From an uncultured Gemmatimonadales bacterium (GTDB lineage: Bacteria > Gemmatimonadota > Gemmatimonadetes > Longimicrobiales > RSA9), in NCBI GenBank assembly GCA_963741945.1, contig CAVUKA010000008.1, positions 32,001 to 96,000 on the forward strand: a stretch of 64,000 nucleotides of DNA, read 5' to 3'. Each line of letters begins with the position of its first letter. The stretch's first letter is position 1. Under the pieces are notes generated by a model. It worked only from the letters and a program-made list of their open reading frames with translations. It made no database searches and had not been told where the DNA came from. The position numbers were made by a program, and so were the translations under genes. Shown here piece after piece: positions 8,651-18,470 of the stretch.

Positions 8651-9757
8651 ATGAGCGGCGGCGGGAAGTCAGGAGGAACGGGGATCGTGATGCTGAACCT
8701 CGGGGGGCCGGAGACCCTGGAGGACGTGAGGCCGTTCCTGCTGGAGCTGTTCGCCGACCGTGAGATCATCCAGCTGCCGGTCCAGGACTGGCTGGGCCCG
8801 TTCATCGCGAAGCGGCGGACGAAGGGAGTGCAGGAGCTGTATCGGGGAATCGGTGGGGGCTCACCGATTCTGAAATGGACACGGGAGCAGGGCGCGGGGA
8901 TGGTGGAGCGCCTGGACCGTCTGTCTCCGGCGACGGCGCCGCACCGGTTCTATGTGGCGTTCCGCTACATCCATCCGCGCAGCGAGGATGCGTTGCGGCA
9001 GATGAAGGCGGACGGTGTGGAGCGGGCGGTGGCGTTCACGCAGTACCAGCAGTTCTCGTGCGCGACGACGGGCTCGAGCCTGAACGAGCTGTGGCGGGCG
9101 GCGGGCCGGCTCGGGATGGACCAGGACTTCCGGTGGAGCGTGATCGATCGCTGGCCGACGCACCCCGGCTTCGTCGAGGCGATGGCGAAGAAGGTGCGCG
9201 AGGGGCTGGAGACATGGCCGGCCGCAGAGCGAGACGACGTGCTGCTTCTGTTCAGCGCGCACTCGCTACCGCTGTCCATCATCGACCGGGGTGATCCGTA
9301 CCCGCAGGAAGTCGGGGCGAGTGTGCACGAGGTGATGAAGGCGGGCGGCTTCGCGAACCGGTACATGTTGTCGTACCAGTCGGAAGTGGGGCCGGTGCGG
9401 TGGCAGGGTCCGAGCACGGAGCAGGTGATCCGGGACCTGGGCGCGAAGGGGCGGAAGAACGTGCTGGTGGTGGGGATCGCGTTCACGAGCGACCACATCG
9501 AGACGTTGTCGGAGATCGACATCGAATACGGCGAGCTGGCGCACGAGGTCGGGATCACGGAATTCCGGCGCGCGCCGTCGCTGAACGGGGACCCCGCGTT
9601 CCAGGACGCCCTCGCGGACATCGTTCTCGAGCACCTCCGGAGCGGTGAGGCGTGCTCGCGGCAGTACGGTCTGCGCTGCCCCGGGTGTGAGAACCCGCAG
9701 TGTCGGAACATCCTGAATCCGGTGGCGCCGTTCGATCGGACGCCCCTGAAGGTGTGA
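8651..9757 (+). CDS. hemH: protoporphyrin ferrochelatase, eukaryote-like with a C-terminal Cys cluster
   Basis: MLNLGGPE, IGGGSPI, LFSAHSLP, GDPYPQE, FTSDHIETL. Start is the ATG at 8645 or 8651; the upstream part of ORF 8195 is not protein-like. Confidence 0.95.
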   Translation: MSGGGKSGGTGIVMLNLGGPETLEDVRPFLLELFADREIIQLPVQDWLGPFIAKRRTKGVQELYRGIGGGSPILKWTREQGAGMVERLDRLSPATAPHRFYVAFRYIHPRSEDALRQMKADGVERAVAFTQYQQFSCATTGSSLNELWRAAGRLGMDQDFRWSVIDRWPTHPGFVEAMAKKVREGLETWPAAERDDVLLLFSAHSLPLSIIDRGDPYPQEVGASVHEVMKAGGFANRYMLSYQSEVGPVRWQGPSTEQVIRDLGAKGRKNVLVVGIAFTSDHIETLSEIDIEYGELAHEVGITEFRRAPSLNGDPAFQDALADIVLEHLRSGEACSRQYGLRCPGCENPQCRNILNPVAPFDRTPLKV

Positions 9758-9761
9758 CGCC

Positions 9762-10601
9762 ATGTTGAACACGCTTGCGGTCCTGAACGGCTTGCTGCCG
9801 GTGGGATACCTGCTGGCGTTGCTCGCGTACATCGTGGTGTTCGCGCAGCCGGAGGCCCGGGCGGCGTGGGTGGCGCCGCTGATCACGTGGGTGGTGGTGG
9901 GGGTGCACGTCGTCTACCTCGCGCTGAGCGGCGTCTCGTATCGCCACATCCCGCTGGCGAACACCTGGGAGAGCCTGACGTTCATCGCGTGGGCGGTGGC
10001 GCTGGTCTACCTCGTTCTGGAGTGGCAGATGCGGGATCGGGCGACAGGGGTCTTCCTCCTGGCGGGCGTCCTCTTCCTGCAGATGCTGTCGACGGCGTTC
10101 ATCACGCACAGCCGTGAGGTCCCGGCCATCCTGCGCTCGCCCATGTTCGGAATCCACGTGACCACGGCGATGATCGGGTACGTGGCACTGGCGGTGTCGG
10201 CCGTGTACGGGGTCATGTACCTGTTGCAGTACCGCCAGCTGAAGCGGAAGCACGTGGGGCTGCTCTTCCAGCGCCTGCCCAACCTCGAGACGCTGTCCCG
10301 GCTGAACGTCCGGGCGCTGGCGCTCGGGTGGACGGCGCTCACCGTGGCGATCCTCGCCGGGACAGTGTGGGCGCTGACGCTCGAACACACGGGCCAGCTC
10401 CACGTGAACCTGCTGGTCGACCCGAAGTTCCTGCTCACCGTGGCGGTCTGGGTCGTGTATGGCGCTTGCCTGGTCGGGCTCTGGCTGTTCCGGTGGCCCA
10501 AGAGCACGCTGGCGTCGATCACGGTGATGGCGTTCGCGTTCATGGTGGCGTCTTCGCTCACCGTGACGCTCCTGATTCCGTCGTTCCACGATTTCACGTA
10601 A
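9762..10601 (+). CDS. CcsA/HemX-family membrane protein
   Basis: About 8 hydrophobic segments, RHIPLANTWESL, IHVTTAMIGY, RLPNLETL, DPK; located directly before hemA. Confidence 0.85.
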   Translation: MLNTLAVLNGLLPVGYLLALLAYIVVFAQPEARAAWVAPLITWVVVGVHVVYLALSGVSYRHIPLANTWESLTFIAWAVALVYLVLEWQMRDRATGVFLLAGVLFLQMLSTAFITHSREVPAILRSPMFGIHVTTAMIGYVALAVSAVYGVMYLLQYRQLKRKHVGLLFQRLPNLETLSRLNVRALALGWTALTVAILAGTVWALTLEHTGQLHVNLLVDPKFLLTVAVWVVYGACLVGLWLFRWPKSTLASITVMAFAFMVASSLTVTLLIPSFHDFT

Positions 10602-10605
10602 GGCC

Positions 10606-11916
10606 ATGGAGCTGATCGTCCTCGGCACCAGCCACGACACCGCCCCGGCGGAGATCCGGGACCAGGTGCAGTTCAGCCCCACGGATGTGGAGCAGTTCTG
10701 CGGCCGGCTGCGTGGGCGGCGCGAAGACGTGCTCGAGGTGTCGGTCCTGTCCACGTGTAACCGGACGGAGATCTACTCGCTGGTCCGTGAGCCCCCGATC
10801 GGGGAAGGACTGATCCGGGAAGCGGTGGCGCTGCAGAAGGGCGTGCCGCACATGGGCAACGGGCGCTACACCTACGTTCTGAAGGGGCGGTCGGGCGTAC
10901 AGCACCTCTTCCGGGTGGCCGCGGGGATCGAGTCGCTCATGGTAGGCGAGCCGCAGATCCTGGGGCAGGTGCGGCATGCCCACAAGATGGCCGACCAGAG
11001 CCGGGGCGCTGGGGCGGTTTTGACGCGCCTGTTCAACTCGGCGGTGCACGTGGGGAAGCGGGCGCGCACGGAGACGGAGATCGGGAGGGGCACCGTCTCG
11101 GTGGCGTATGCGGCCGTGGAGATGGCGCTCAAGGTGTTCGACGGGCTGGAGAAGCATACGGTGGCAGTGGTCGGGGCCGGGGAGACCGGCACGCTCGCCG
11201 CCAAGCACCTGGCGGAGCAGAAGCCGGGTCGGCTCATCGTGCTGAACCGAACGCTCGAGCGGGCGCAGCGGCTGGCCGCGGAGCTGGGTGGCGAGGCGAG
11301 GCCGTTCGGCGACCTTGAGGATGTTCTCCGCGAGGCGAGTGTGGTGGTCACGGCCACGTCATCGCCGGAGCCCGTGCTGCAGAGCGATCACCTGAACGCG
11401 GTGGTGAAGAAGCGGGGTCGTTCACCGCTGGTGCTGATCGACATTTCGAACCCGCGGAACATCGATCCGGCCGTGGGCAAGATCGACAGCATCTTCCTTT
11501 ACGACCTGGACGCGCTGGAGAGCATCGCGGACCAGAACCGGTCGCGCCGGGCGAAGGAGATCCCGCGCGTGGAGCGGATCGTTGACGAGGAGGTGGATGC
11601 GTTCTTCTCCTGGTACGACTCGCTCCAGGTGGTGCCGGTGCTGCGTGCGCTGCGAGACCGCTTCCACGAGATCGGTCGGGACGAGGTGGCGCGGCAGGGG
11701 CGGCGGTTCAGCCGCACGGATGACGACGTGCTGGAGGCGTTCACACGGTCGCTGATCAACAAGCTCCTGCATCAGCCTACCACGCGGATCCGGAACATGG
11801 ACGCGGACACGTACCACGGGCTGACGAAGCTGGTGGCCGTGCAGGAGCTGTTCGAGCTGGAACCCGAGCGGTACCAGAACGGGAGCGTCGACGATCACGA
11901 GGGGGACGACGAGTGA
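10606..11916 (+). CDS. hemA: glutamyl-tRNA reductase
   Basis: LSTCNRTEIY, GEPQILGQV, VGAGETG, DISNPRNIDP. Confidence 0.97.
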   Translation: MELIVLGTSHDTAPAEIRDQVQFSPTDVEQFCGRLRGRREDVLEVSVLSTCNRTEIYSLVREPPIGEGLIREAVALQKGVPHMGNGRYTYVLKGRSGVQHLFRVAAGIESLMVGEPQILGQVRHAHKMADQSRGAGAVLTRLFNSAVHVGKRARTETEIGRGTVSVAYAAVEMALKVFDGLEKHTVAVVGAGETGTLAAKHLAEQKPGRLIVLNRTLERAQRLAAELGGEARPFGDLEDVLREASVVVTATSSPEPVLQSDHLNAVVKKRGRSPLVLIDISNPRNIDPAVGKIDSIFLYDLDALESIADQNRSRRAKEIPRVERIVDEEVDAFFSWYDSLQVVPVLRALRDRFHEIGRDEVARQGRRFSRTDDDVLEAFTRSLINKLLHQPTTRIRNMDADTYHGLTKLVAVQELFELEPERYQNGSVDDHEGDDE

Positions 11917-12866
11917 CCGAGGGGATGCTGCGGATCGGGACGCGGGGATCGGCGCTGGCACTCTGGCAGGCCGAGCACGTGGCGGCACGGATCCGGGCAA
12001 TGCCCGGCGCGCCCGGCGTCGAGCTGGTTCACATCCAGACGGAAGGGGACCGGGTCCAGGACGTGGCGCTTTCGGCGCTCCCGGGCAAGGCCTTTTTCAC
12101 GAAAGAGCTGGAACAAGCGATCCTGGACGGCCGGGTAGACCTGGCGGTCCACTCGCTGAAGGATCTGGCGACCTCGATGCCCGAGAGGCTAGCGCTGACG
12201 GCAGTGCTGGAGCGGGAGGACCCGCGGGACGTCCTCATCGCCCGCGATGGCCTCGGGCTCGCCGATCTGCCGGCAGGCGCGCGCGTGGGCACGAGCAGCC
12301 TGCGACGGCGCGCCTTCCTGCGCACCTGGCGCGACGACCTTGCGCTGATGGACCTGCGCGGCAATGTGCCGACCCGTATCCGCCGACTCGACGAGGGCGA
12401 CTACGATGCGATCGTCCTTGCCGCCGCGGGCGTGAAGCGGCTGGGGCTGGGCGCCCGCATCACTGACTATTTCACCGCCGGGATCCTGCTGCCCGCGGTT
12501 TCGCAGGGCGCCATCGGGATCCAGGCGAGGCGGGACGACCGGCGTGTGACCCGTTGGATCGAGCCGCTGAACCACGGGGCGACGCGTCGGTGTACGCTGG
12601 CCGAGCGGGCGCTCCTTCACGAGGTGGAAGGCGGCTGCCAGGTCCCGCTGGGCGCCCACGCGGAGCTGGACGATGCCGGGCTCACGCTTCGCGCCGCCAT
12701 TGCCGCGCTGGACGGAAGCCGGGCGGTATCCGGCTCCATTTCCGGCGACCCCGGGGACGGCGAGGCTCTGGGTCGGCGGCTTGCCCGCACGCTCCTGGAG
12801 CGCGGAGGCGGCGAGATCATGGATGGGATCCGCTCCGCCATGGGGACCGGTGTCGGAGAGGGCTGA
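11913..12866 (+). CDS. hemC: porphobilinogen deaminase
   Basis: IGTRGSALALWQA, FTKELE, AVHSLKD, GTSSLRR, EGGCQVP. Confidence 0.97.
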   Translation: MTEGMLRIGTRGSALALWQAEHVAARIRAMPGAPGVELVHIQTEGDRVQDVALSALPGKAFFTKELEQAILDGRVDLAVHSLKDLATSMPERLALTAVLEREDPRDVLIARDGLGLADLPAGARVGTSSLRRRAFLRTWRDDLALMDLRGNVPTRIRRLDEGDYDAIVLAAAGVKRLGLGARITDYFTAGILLPAVSQGAIGIQARRDDRRVTRWIEPLNHGATRRCTLAERALLHEVEGGCQVPLGAHAELDDAGLTLRAAIAALDGSRAVSGSISGDPGDGEALGRRLARTLLERGGGEIMDGIRSAMGTGVGEG

Positions 12867-13647
12867 CCGGCCGCTGCACGGGGTCGGCGTGGTCGTGACC
12901 CGGGACGAGAGCGGCGATGGGCCGCTGACGGCCGCGCTGCGAGAGCGCGGCGCCGACGTGATCCACTGGCCGGTCATCGCCGTGGCTCCACCCGAAGATC
13001 CGCGACCGCTCGATTCCGCGGCATCGCAGCTGGCCAGCTACGACTGGGTAGCGTTGACCAGCCGACGGGCGGTGGCCGCGCTGGCAGAGCGGGTACGGGA
13101 GATCCCGTCCGGGGTCCGGCTGGCAGCGGTAGGGGAGGGAACGGGCGAGGCCGCGGAGGCGCGCGGGTGGCGCGTGGACCTGGTGGCGGGCGAGCAGACC
13201 GGCGAGGCGCTGGTCGCCGCCTTCCAGTGCGAGGGCCTCGCCCGGGGGGCGCGCGTTCTCTTCCCGGCCAGCGATCTCGCGCGCGACACGGTTCCCGCGG
13301 GGCTCGAGCGGGCGGGGGCGGCGGTGGAGCGGGTGACCGCGTACCGTATCGTGCCGGCCGCGCTGGACGCGGACGCATGCAGGCGAATGGTGGAGGAGGA
13401 GAAGGTGGACGTGGTGAGCGTGACCAGCCCGTCGTCCGGCGAGAACCTCATCGCGGCAGTGGGTGAAGCGCTGTTCCGGCACCTGGCGGAGACGGTGCCG
13501 TTCGCTGCCATCGGGCCGACCACGGCCACGGCGCTCCGGAGTTTCGGTGTGAAGGATGTGGTGGAGGCAGAAGAGCATTCGTTCGATGGACTGGCGGAGG
13601 CCGTTGCGCGGCACTTCGCCGCGGGACGGGGAAGAGGAGCGACATGA
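12850..13647 (+). CDS. hemD: uroporphyrinogen-III synthase
   Basis: [35 protein letters not shown] start overlaps the end of hemC. Confidence 0.9.
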   Translation: MSERADRPLHGVGVVVTRDESGDGPLTAALRERGADVIHWPVIAVAPPEDPRPLDSAASQLASYDWVALTSRRAVAALAERVREIPSGVRLAAVGEGTGEAAEARGWRVDLVAGEQTGEALVAAFQCEGLARGARVLFPASDLARDTVPAGLERAGAAVERVTAYRIVPAALDADACRRMVEEEKVDVVSVTSPSSGENLIAAVGEALFRHLAETVPFAAIGPTTATALRSFGVKDVVEAEEHSFDGLAEAVARHFAAGRGRGAT

Positions 13648-14639
13648 GCTATCCGATAAACAGGCCGCGGCGGCTGCGCCGGGGCGAGACGTGGCGGAGG
13701 GCGGTGCGGGAGACCGTGCTGACCGTGAACGACCTGATCTACCCGATGTTCGTGGTGGACGGGGAGGGCGTGCGGATCCCGGTGAAGAGCATGCCGGGGA
13801 TCGAGAACCTGTCGGTCGACGAGCTGGTGAAGGAGTGCCGCGAGGTGGCGGAGCTCGGGATCCCGGGTGTGATTCTGTTCGGCGTGCCGCCGGACGAGGA
13901 GAAAGATCCTGAAGGGACGGGCGCCTACGATCCGGAAGGACTCGTGCCGCGGGCGATCCGGGCGCTCAAGAAGGAAGTGCCGGATCTCCTGGTCTGGGCG
14001 GACGTGTGCATGTGCGAGTACACGTCGCACGGGCATTGCGGCCTGCTCACCGATGAGGGCGAAGTGGACAACGACCCCACGCTCATGCTGCTGGCTCGCG
14101 CGGCCCGCGTGTACGCGGAAGCGGGTGCGGACGCCGTGGCACCCAGCGACATGATGGATGGCCGCGTGGCTGCCATCCGGGAAGAGCTGGACGACGCCGG
14201 CCTGTCGCACGTCCCGATCGTCGCCTACGCGGCCAAGTACGCTTCGGCCTACTACGGCCCGTTCCGCGATGCGGCCCACTCGGCGCCCTCGTTCGGTGAC
14301 CGCAAGGGCTACCAGATGGACCCGGCGAACGCCGAGGAAGCGCTGCGGGAAGTGGAGCTGGACATCATGGAGGGCGCCGACATGGTCATGGTGAAGCCCG
14401 CGGGCCCGTACATGGACATCCTCCAGCGCGTGAAGGAGACGTTCCGTATGCCCACGGCCGCCTACCAGGTATCTGGCGAGTACGCGCTGATCAAGGCAGC
14501 GGCGGAGAAGGGGTGGGTGGACGAGCCGCGCATCGCCATGGAGAGCCTGCTGGGACTGAAGCGAGCCGGCGCGGACCTGATCCTCACCTATTTCGCGAAG
14601 GACGTGGCGCGGGCACTCCGGCAGGGCCCGGGTGAATGA
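13644..14639 (+). CDS. hemB: porphobilinogen synthase
   Basis: RPRRLR, Zn-binding [36 protein letters not shown]. Confidence 0.97.
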   Translation: MSYPINRPRRLRRGETWRRAVRETVLTVNDLIYPMFVVDGEGVRIPVKSMPGIENLSVDELVKECREVAELGIPGVILFGVPPDEEKDPEGTGAYDPEGLVPRAIRALKKEVPDLLVWADVCMCEYTSHGHCGLLTDEGEVDNDPTLMLLARAARVYAEAGADAVAPSDMMDGRVAAIREELDDAGLSHVPIVAYAAKYASAYYGPFRDAAHSAPSFGDRKGYQMDPANAEEALREVELDIMEGADMVMVKPAGPYMDILQRVKETFRMPTAAYQVSGEYALIKAAAEKGWVDEPRIAMESLLGLKRAGADLILTYFAKDVARALRQGPGE

Positions 14640-15972
14640 GCGGCGGGGGACGCCAGTGGGGACCGATGCGGGGGCGGTGATGCGGACGACCGAGAGCGAG
14701 CGGCTGTTCAGTGCTGCGAAGCGGGTCATTCCCGGCGGCGTGAACAGCCCGGTCCGCGCGTTCGGCGCCGTGGGCGGCACGCCCCGCTTCATCGCGGGCG
14801 CGTCGGGTGCCCGCATGGTCGACGTGGACGACAACACCTACATCGACTACGTCGGCTCCTGGGGCCCGATGATCCTCGGGCACGACCACCCGGCGGTGCG
14901 GGCCGCGCTCGCCGGGGCGCTGGAACACGGAACATCGTTCGGCGCCCCGTCGCCTGGCGAGGTCGAGCTGGCCGAGCTGGTGGTGGAGATGGTGCCGTCG
15001 GTCGAGGTGGTCCGGTTCGTCAACAGCGGGACGGAGGCGACAATGAGCGCCCTCCGGCTGGCCCGGGCCGCCACGGGTCGGGCCGGCGTCATCAAGTTCC
15101 GGGGCGGCTATCACGGCCATGCCGACGCATTCCTCGTGGAGGCGGGCTCCGGCGCGGCGACGCTGGGCGTGCCGTCGAGTCCGGGCGTCACCGAGGGTGC
15201 GGCCCGCGACACGCTCGTGGCCGAGTACAACGATCTGGATTCGGTGCGCGCGTCGATTGAGGATCGGCCGGGCGACGTCGCCGCGGTCATCGTGGAGCCG
15301 GTGGCCGGCAACATGGGGTGCGTCCCGCCGCAGCCCGGCTTCCTGGAAGGGCTGCGATCGCTGTGTGACGAGCACGGGATGCTGCTGATCTTCGACGAGG
15401 TGATGACCGGCTTCCGGGTGGCCGAGGGCGGAGCCCAGGCGCGCTTTGGTGTCCGGCCGGACCTGACGACCCTGGGCAAGGTCATCGGGGGCGGGCTCCC
15501 CGTGGGCGCGTTCGGCGGCCGCGACGACCTCATGCGGCGAATCGCGCCGGACGGTCCCGTCTACCAGGCCGGCACGCTGTCAGGGAACCCGCTGGCCGTG
15601 GCGGGCGGGCTTGCGACATTGAGGCACCTGCGGGCGCACCCGGAAATCTATGACCGTCTGGAGGCGCTCGGTTCGAGGCTGGAGGACGGCTTCCGCGCCG
15701 TCATCGCCGCCCATGCCGATCGCCTGTCCTGGAACCGGGTCGGCACCATGGCCACGCTCTTCTTCACGGCGGGCCCGGTCACGGGGTGGGCGAGCGCGAA
15801 GGACCAGGATCGAAGCGCGTTCGCGGACTACTTCCATCGCATGCTGGACCGGGGCTTCTATCTCCCTCCCAGCCCGTTCGAAGCGCTGTTCCTGTCCGCG
15901 GCACATACGGAGGCAGATGTGGACGCCACGGTGGACGCCGCGGCCGACGCACTGGCAGAGGTGCTGGCGTGA
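14632..15972 (+). CDS. hemL: glutamate-1-semialdehyde 2,1-aminomutase
   Basis: [46 protein letters not shown]; alternative ATG at 14680. Confidence 0.97.
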   Translation: MNERRGTPVGTDAGAVMRTTESERLFSAAKRVIPGGVNSPVRAFGAVGGTPRFIAGASGARMVDVDDNTYIDYVGSWGPMILGHDHPAVRAALAGALEHGTSFGAPSPGEVELAELVVEMVPSVEVVRFVNSGTEATMSALRLARAATGRAGVIKFRGGYHGHADAFLVEAGSGAATLGVPSSPGVTEGAARDTLVAEYNDLDSVRASIEDRPGDVAAVIVEPVAGNMGCVPPQPGFLEGLRSLCDEHGMLLIFDEVMTGFRVAEGGAQARFGVRPDLTTLGKVIGGGLPVGAFGGRDDLMRRIAPDGPVYQAGTLSGNPLAVAGGLATLRHLRAHPEIYDRLEALGSRLEDGFRAVIAAHADRLSWNRVGTMATLFFTAGPVTGWASAKDQDRSAFADYFHRMLDRGFYLPPSPFEALFLSAAHTEADVDATVDAAADALAEVLA

Positions 15973-17057
15973 GCGGTGGGGCGGGGCAGAACGCTGCGGC
16001 CGCGTCGGCCACGGGCTCACGGCCGGTGTCCGGGGCGGAGCCCGTGTTCCTGCGTGCGTGCCGACGCCTGCCGGTGGAGCACACGCCCGTGTGGATCATG
16101 CGCCAGGCGGGGCGGTACCTCCCGGAGTACCGGGCCATCCGGGACAAGGTCGATTTCCTCACGTTGACGAAGACACCCGATCTCGCCGCAGAGGTGACGA
16201 TCCAGCCGATCCGGCGGTTCGGTATGGATGCGGCCATCCTGTTCAGCGACATCATGACCCCCATCGAGGGGATGGGGATCGATCTGGAGTTCGATCCCGG
16301 CCCGGTGATCCGCGCCCCGATCCGGTCGGCGGCGGATGTGGACAGGCTGCGCGTGGCCGACCCGGAGGAGACCACGCCGTTCGTACTGGAGACGATCCGG
16401 ATCCTGCGGCGCGAGCTGCCGGCGAGCGCACCACTCATTGGCTTCGGCGGGGCGCCGTTCACGACGTACTGCTATGCAGTGCAGGGCAAGGGCTCGAAGA
16501 CGTTCCACGAGGCGAAGGCGTTCCTGTTCAGCGAGCCGGCCGCGGCCAAGCGGCTGCTCGAAAAGCTGGCGGACACGACCGCGCGCTACCTGGGCGCGCA
16601 GGCCGAGGCCGGGGCGCAGGCCCTGATGATCTTCGATTCCTGGGCCGGCATCCTCGCGCCTCACGAATACCGCGCGTTCGCGCTCCCGGCCGTGCAGCGG
16701 GTCACGGCGGCGTTGAAGGAGCACGGCGTGCCGCTACTCTATTTCCCGCATCAGGGCGCGACGCTGCTGCCGGCGGCCGCCGAGTCGGGCGCCGACGTCC
16801 TCGGCATCGACTGGCGGCTCCCCCTGGCCGATGCGCGGGCGCTGCTGGGACCGGATCTGGCCGTGCAGGGTAACCTGGACCCGGCGGCGCTGTTCGCGCC
16901 GCGGGCGGAGCTGGCGCGCCAGATCGACCGCGTGCTGGAGTCCGCGGGCCCCGAGCCGGGGCACGTGTTCAACCTGGGCCACGGAATCGAGCGGACCACC
17001 GATCCGGATGCGGTGGCGTTCCTCGTCGACCGTGTACACGAGCAGACGTTGCGATAG
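15969..17057 (+). CDS. hemE: uroporphyrinogen decarboxylase
   Basis: [41 protein letters not shown] overlap with hemL. Confidence 0.96.
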   Translation: MSGGAGQNAAAASATGSRPVSGAEPVFLRACRRLPVEHTPVWIMRQAGRYLPEYRAIRDKVDFLTLTKTPDLAAEVTIQPIRRFGMDAAILFSDIMTPIEGMGIDLEFDPGPVIRAPIRSAADVDRLRVADPEETTPFVLETIRILRRELPASAPLIGFGGAPFTTYCYAVQGKGSKTFHEAKAFLFSEPAAAKRLLEKLADTTARYLGAQAEAGAQALMIFDSWAGILAPHEYRAFALPAVQRVTAALKEHGVPLLYFPHQGATLLPAAAESGADVLGIDWRLPLADARALLGPDLAVQGNLDPAALFAPRAELARQIDRVLESAGPEPGHVFNLGHGIERTTDPDAVAFLVDRVHEQTLR

Positions 17058-17065
17058 AGGCAGTC

Positions 17066-18460
17066 ATGGAGCATTCCGTCCACGTGGACTTCGACACGGT
17101 CAAGCGCTTCGACAGGCCGGGGCCGCGCTATACATCGTATCCCACGGCGGTGGAGTTCACGGAAGCGGTGGGCGTGGACGCCTACCATGCGAAGCTGGCG
17201 GAGGCCAACGCGAAGGCCGACGCGCCGCTCAGCCTGTACGCGCACCTTCCGTTCTGCGAGCACCGCTGCCTCTTCTGCGGCTGCCACGTGGTGATCACGC
17301 CGCACATGCCCGTGGCCGAGAAGTACATGGCGTACATGAAGCGGGAGATCGACCTTCTGGCCGAGCACCTCCCGGACCGGCGCGGCGTGGTCCAGATGCA
17401 CTGGGGCGGCGGGACCCCGACGTACTACTCGCCGGCGCAGCTCGAGGAGCTGTTCGCGCATTTCCAGAAGTACTTCACGTTCGTGGACGGGGCCGAGCGG
17501 GCGCTGGAAGTCGATCCGCGTGTGACCAGCCGCGATCATCTGGCGACGCTGGCGGAGCTCGGCTTCAACCGACTCAGCCTGGGCGTGCAGGACCTCACGC
17601 CCGAGGTGCAGGTGGCCATCGACCGCAACCAGACGTACGAGCAGACTGCGCGACTGGTGGAGACCGCCCGCGAGCTCGGCTTCAACGACGGCATCAACAT
17701 CGACCTGATCTACGGCCTGCCGAAGCAGGAGCCCGAAACGTTCGGCAGGAACCTGGACCAGGTGATCGCGATGCGGCCCGACCGGGTAGCCGTCTACTCC
17801 TTCGCCTATGTCCCCTGGATCCGCGGGCACCAGAAGAAGCTCGACCGGGACCAGCTGCCGAGCCCTGAAGTGAAGCTGGAGCTGTACATCATGGCCATGG
17901 AGCGCTTCCTGGCCGCGGGCTATCAGCCCATCGGGATGGACCACTTCGCGCTGCCCGAGGATGAGCTGAGCGTGGCAGCGCACGAGGGGCGGCTCCACCG
18001 CAACTTCATGGGCTACACGGTCATGCCGGCGTCGGACATGATCGGGGTCGGGATCAGCGGGATCGGTGAGGTGCAGCACGGCTTCTTCCAGAACGAGAAG
18101 AAGCTGAGCACCTATTACGAAGCGCTGGATGCCGGCCGCCTCCCCGTAGCGCGGGGCTACCTGCTGGACGAGGATGACCGCATCCGGCAGCACGTGATCC
18201 AGCAGATCATGTGCAACTTCCGGGTGCGGAAAGCGGACGTGGAGGCCCGCTTCGGCGTCGATTTCGACGATTACCTGGCCGACTCTCTCGCCCGACTCGG
18301 CGACGTGCAGGAAGCCGGGTTCGTGGAGCTCGGCCCCGACGAGCTGCGGGTCACGCCCGAGGGTCGGCTGTTCGTCCGAAACGTGTGCATGGCCTTCGAC
18401 CGCTACCAGCTCGCGAAGGAGAAGGCCGCGGAAAAGCCGGTGTTCTCCCGAACGGTTTGA
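17066..18460 (+). CDS. hemN: oxygen-independent coproporphyrinogen III dehydrogenase (radical SAM)
   Basis: GPRYTSYPTA, HLPFCEHRCLFCGC, HWGGGTP, GMDHFA, LHRNFMGY. The PRYTSYP motif marks a true HemN rather than HemW. Confidence 0.96.
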   Translation: MEHSVHVDFDTVKRFDRPGPRYTSYPTAVEFTEAVGVDAYHAKLAEANAKADAPLSLYAHLPFCEHRCLFCGCHVVITPHMPVAEKYMAYMKREIDLLAEHLPDRRGVVQMHWGGGTPTYYSPAQLEELFAHFQKYFTFVDGAERALEVDPRVTSRDHLATLAELGFNRLSLGVQDLTPEVQVAIDRNQTYEQTARLVETARELGFNDGINIDLIYGLPKQEPETFGRNLDQVIAMRPDRVAVYSFAYVPWIRGHQKKLDRDQLPSPEVKLELYIMAMERFLAAGYQPIGMDHFALPEDELSVAAHEGRLHRNFMGYTVMPASDMIGVGISGIGEVQHGFFQNEKKLSTYYEALDAGRLPVARGYLLDEDDRIRQHVIQQIMCNFRVRKADVEARFGVDFDDYLADSLARLGDVQEAGFVELGPDELRVTPEGRLFVRNVCMAFDRYQLAKEKAAEKPVFSRTV

Positions 18461-18470
18461 GGCGGGTCCC

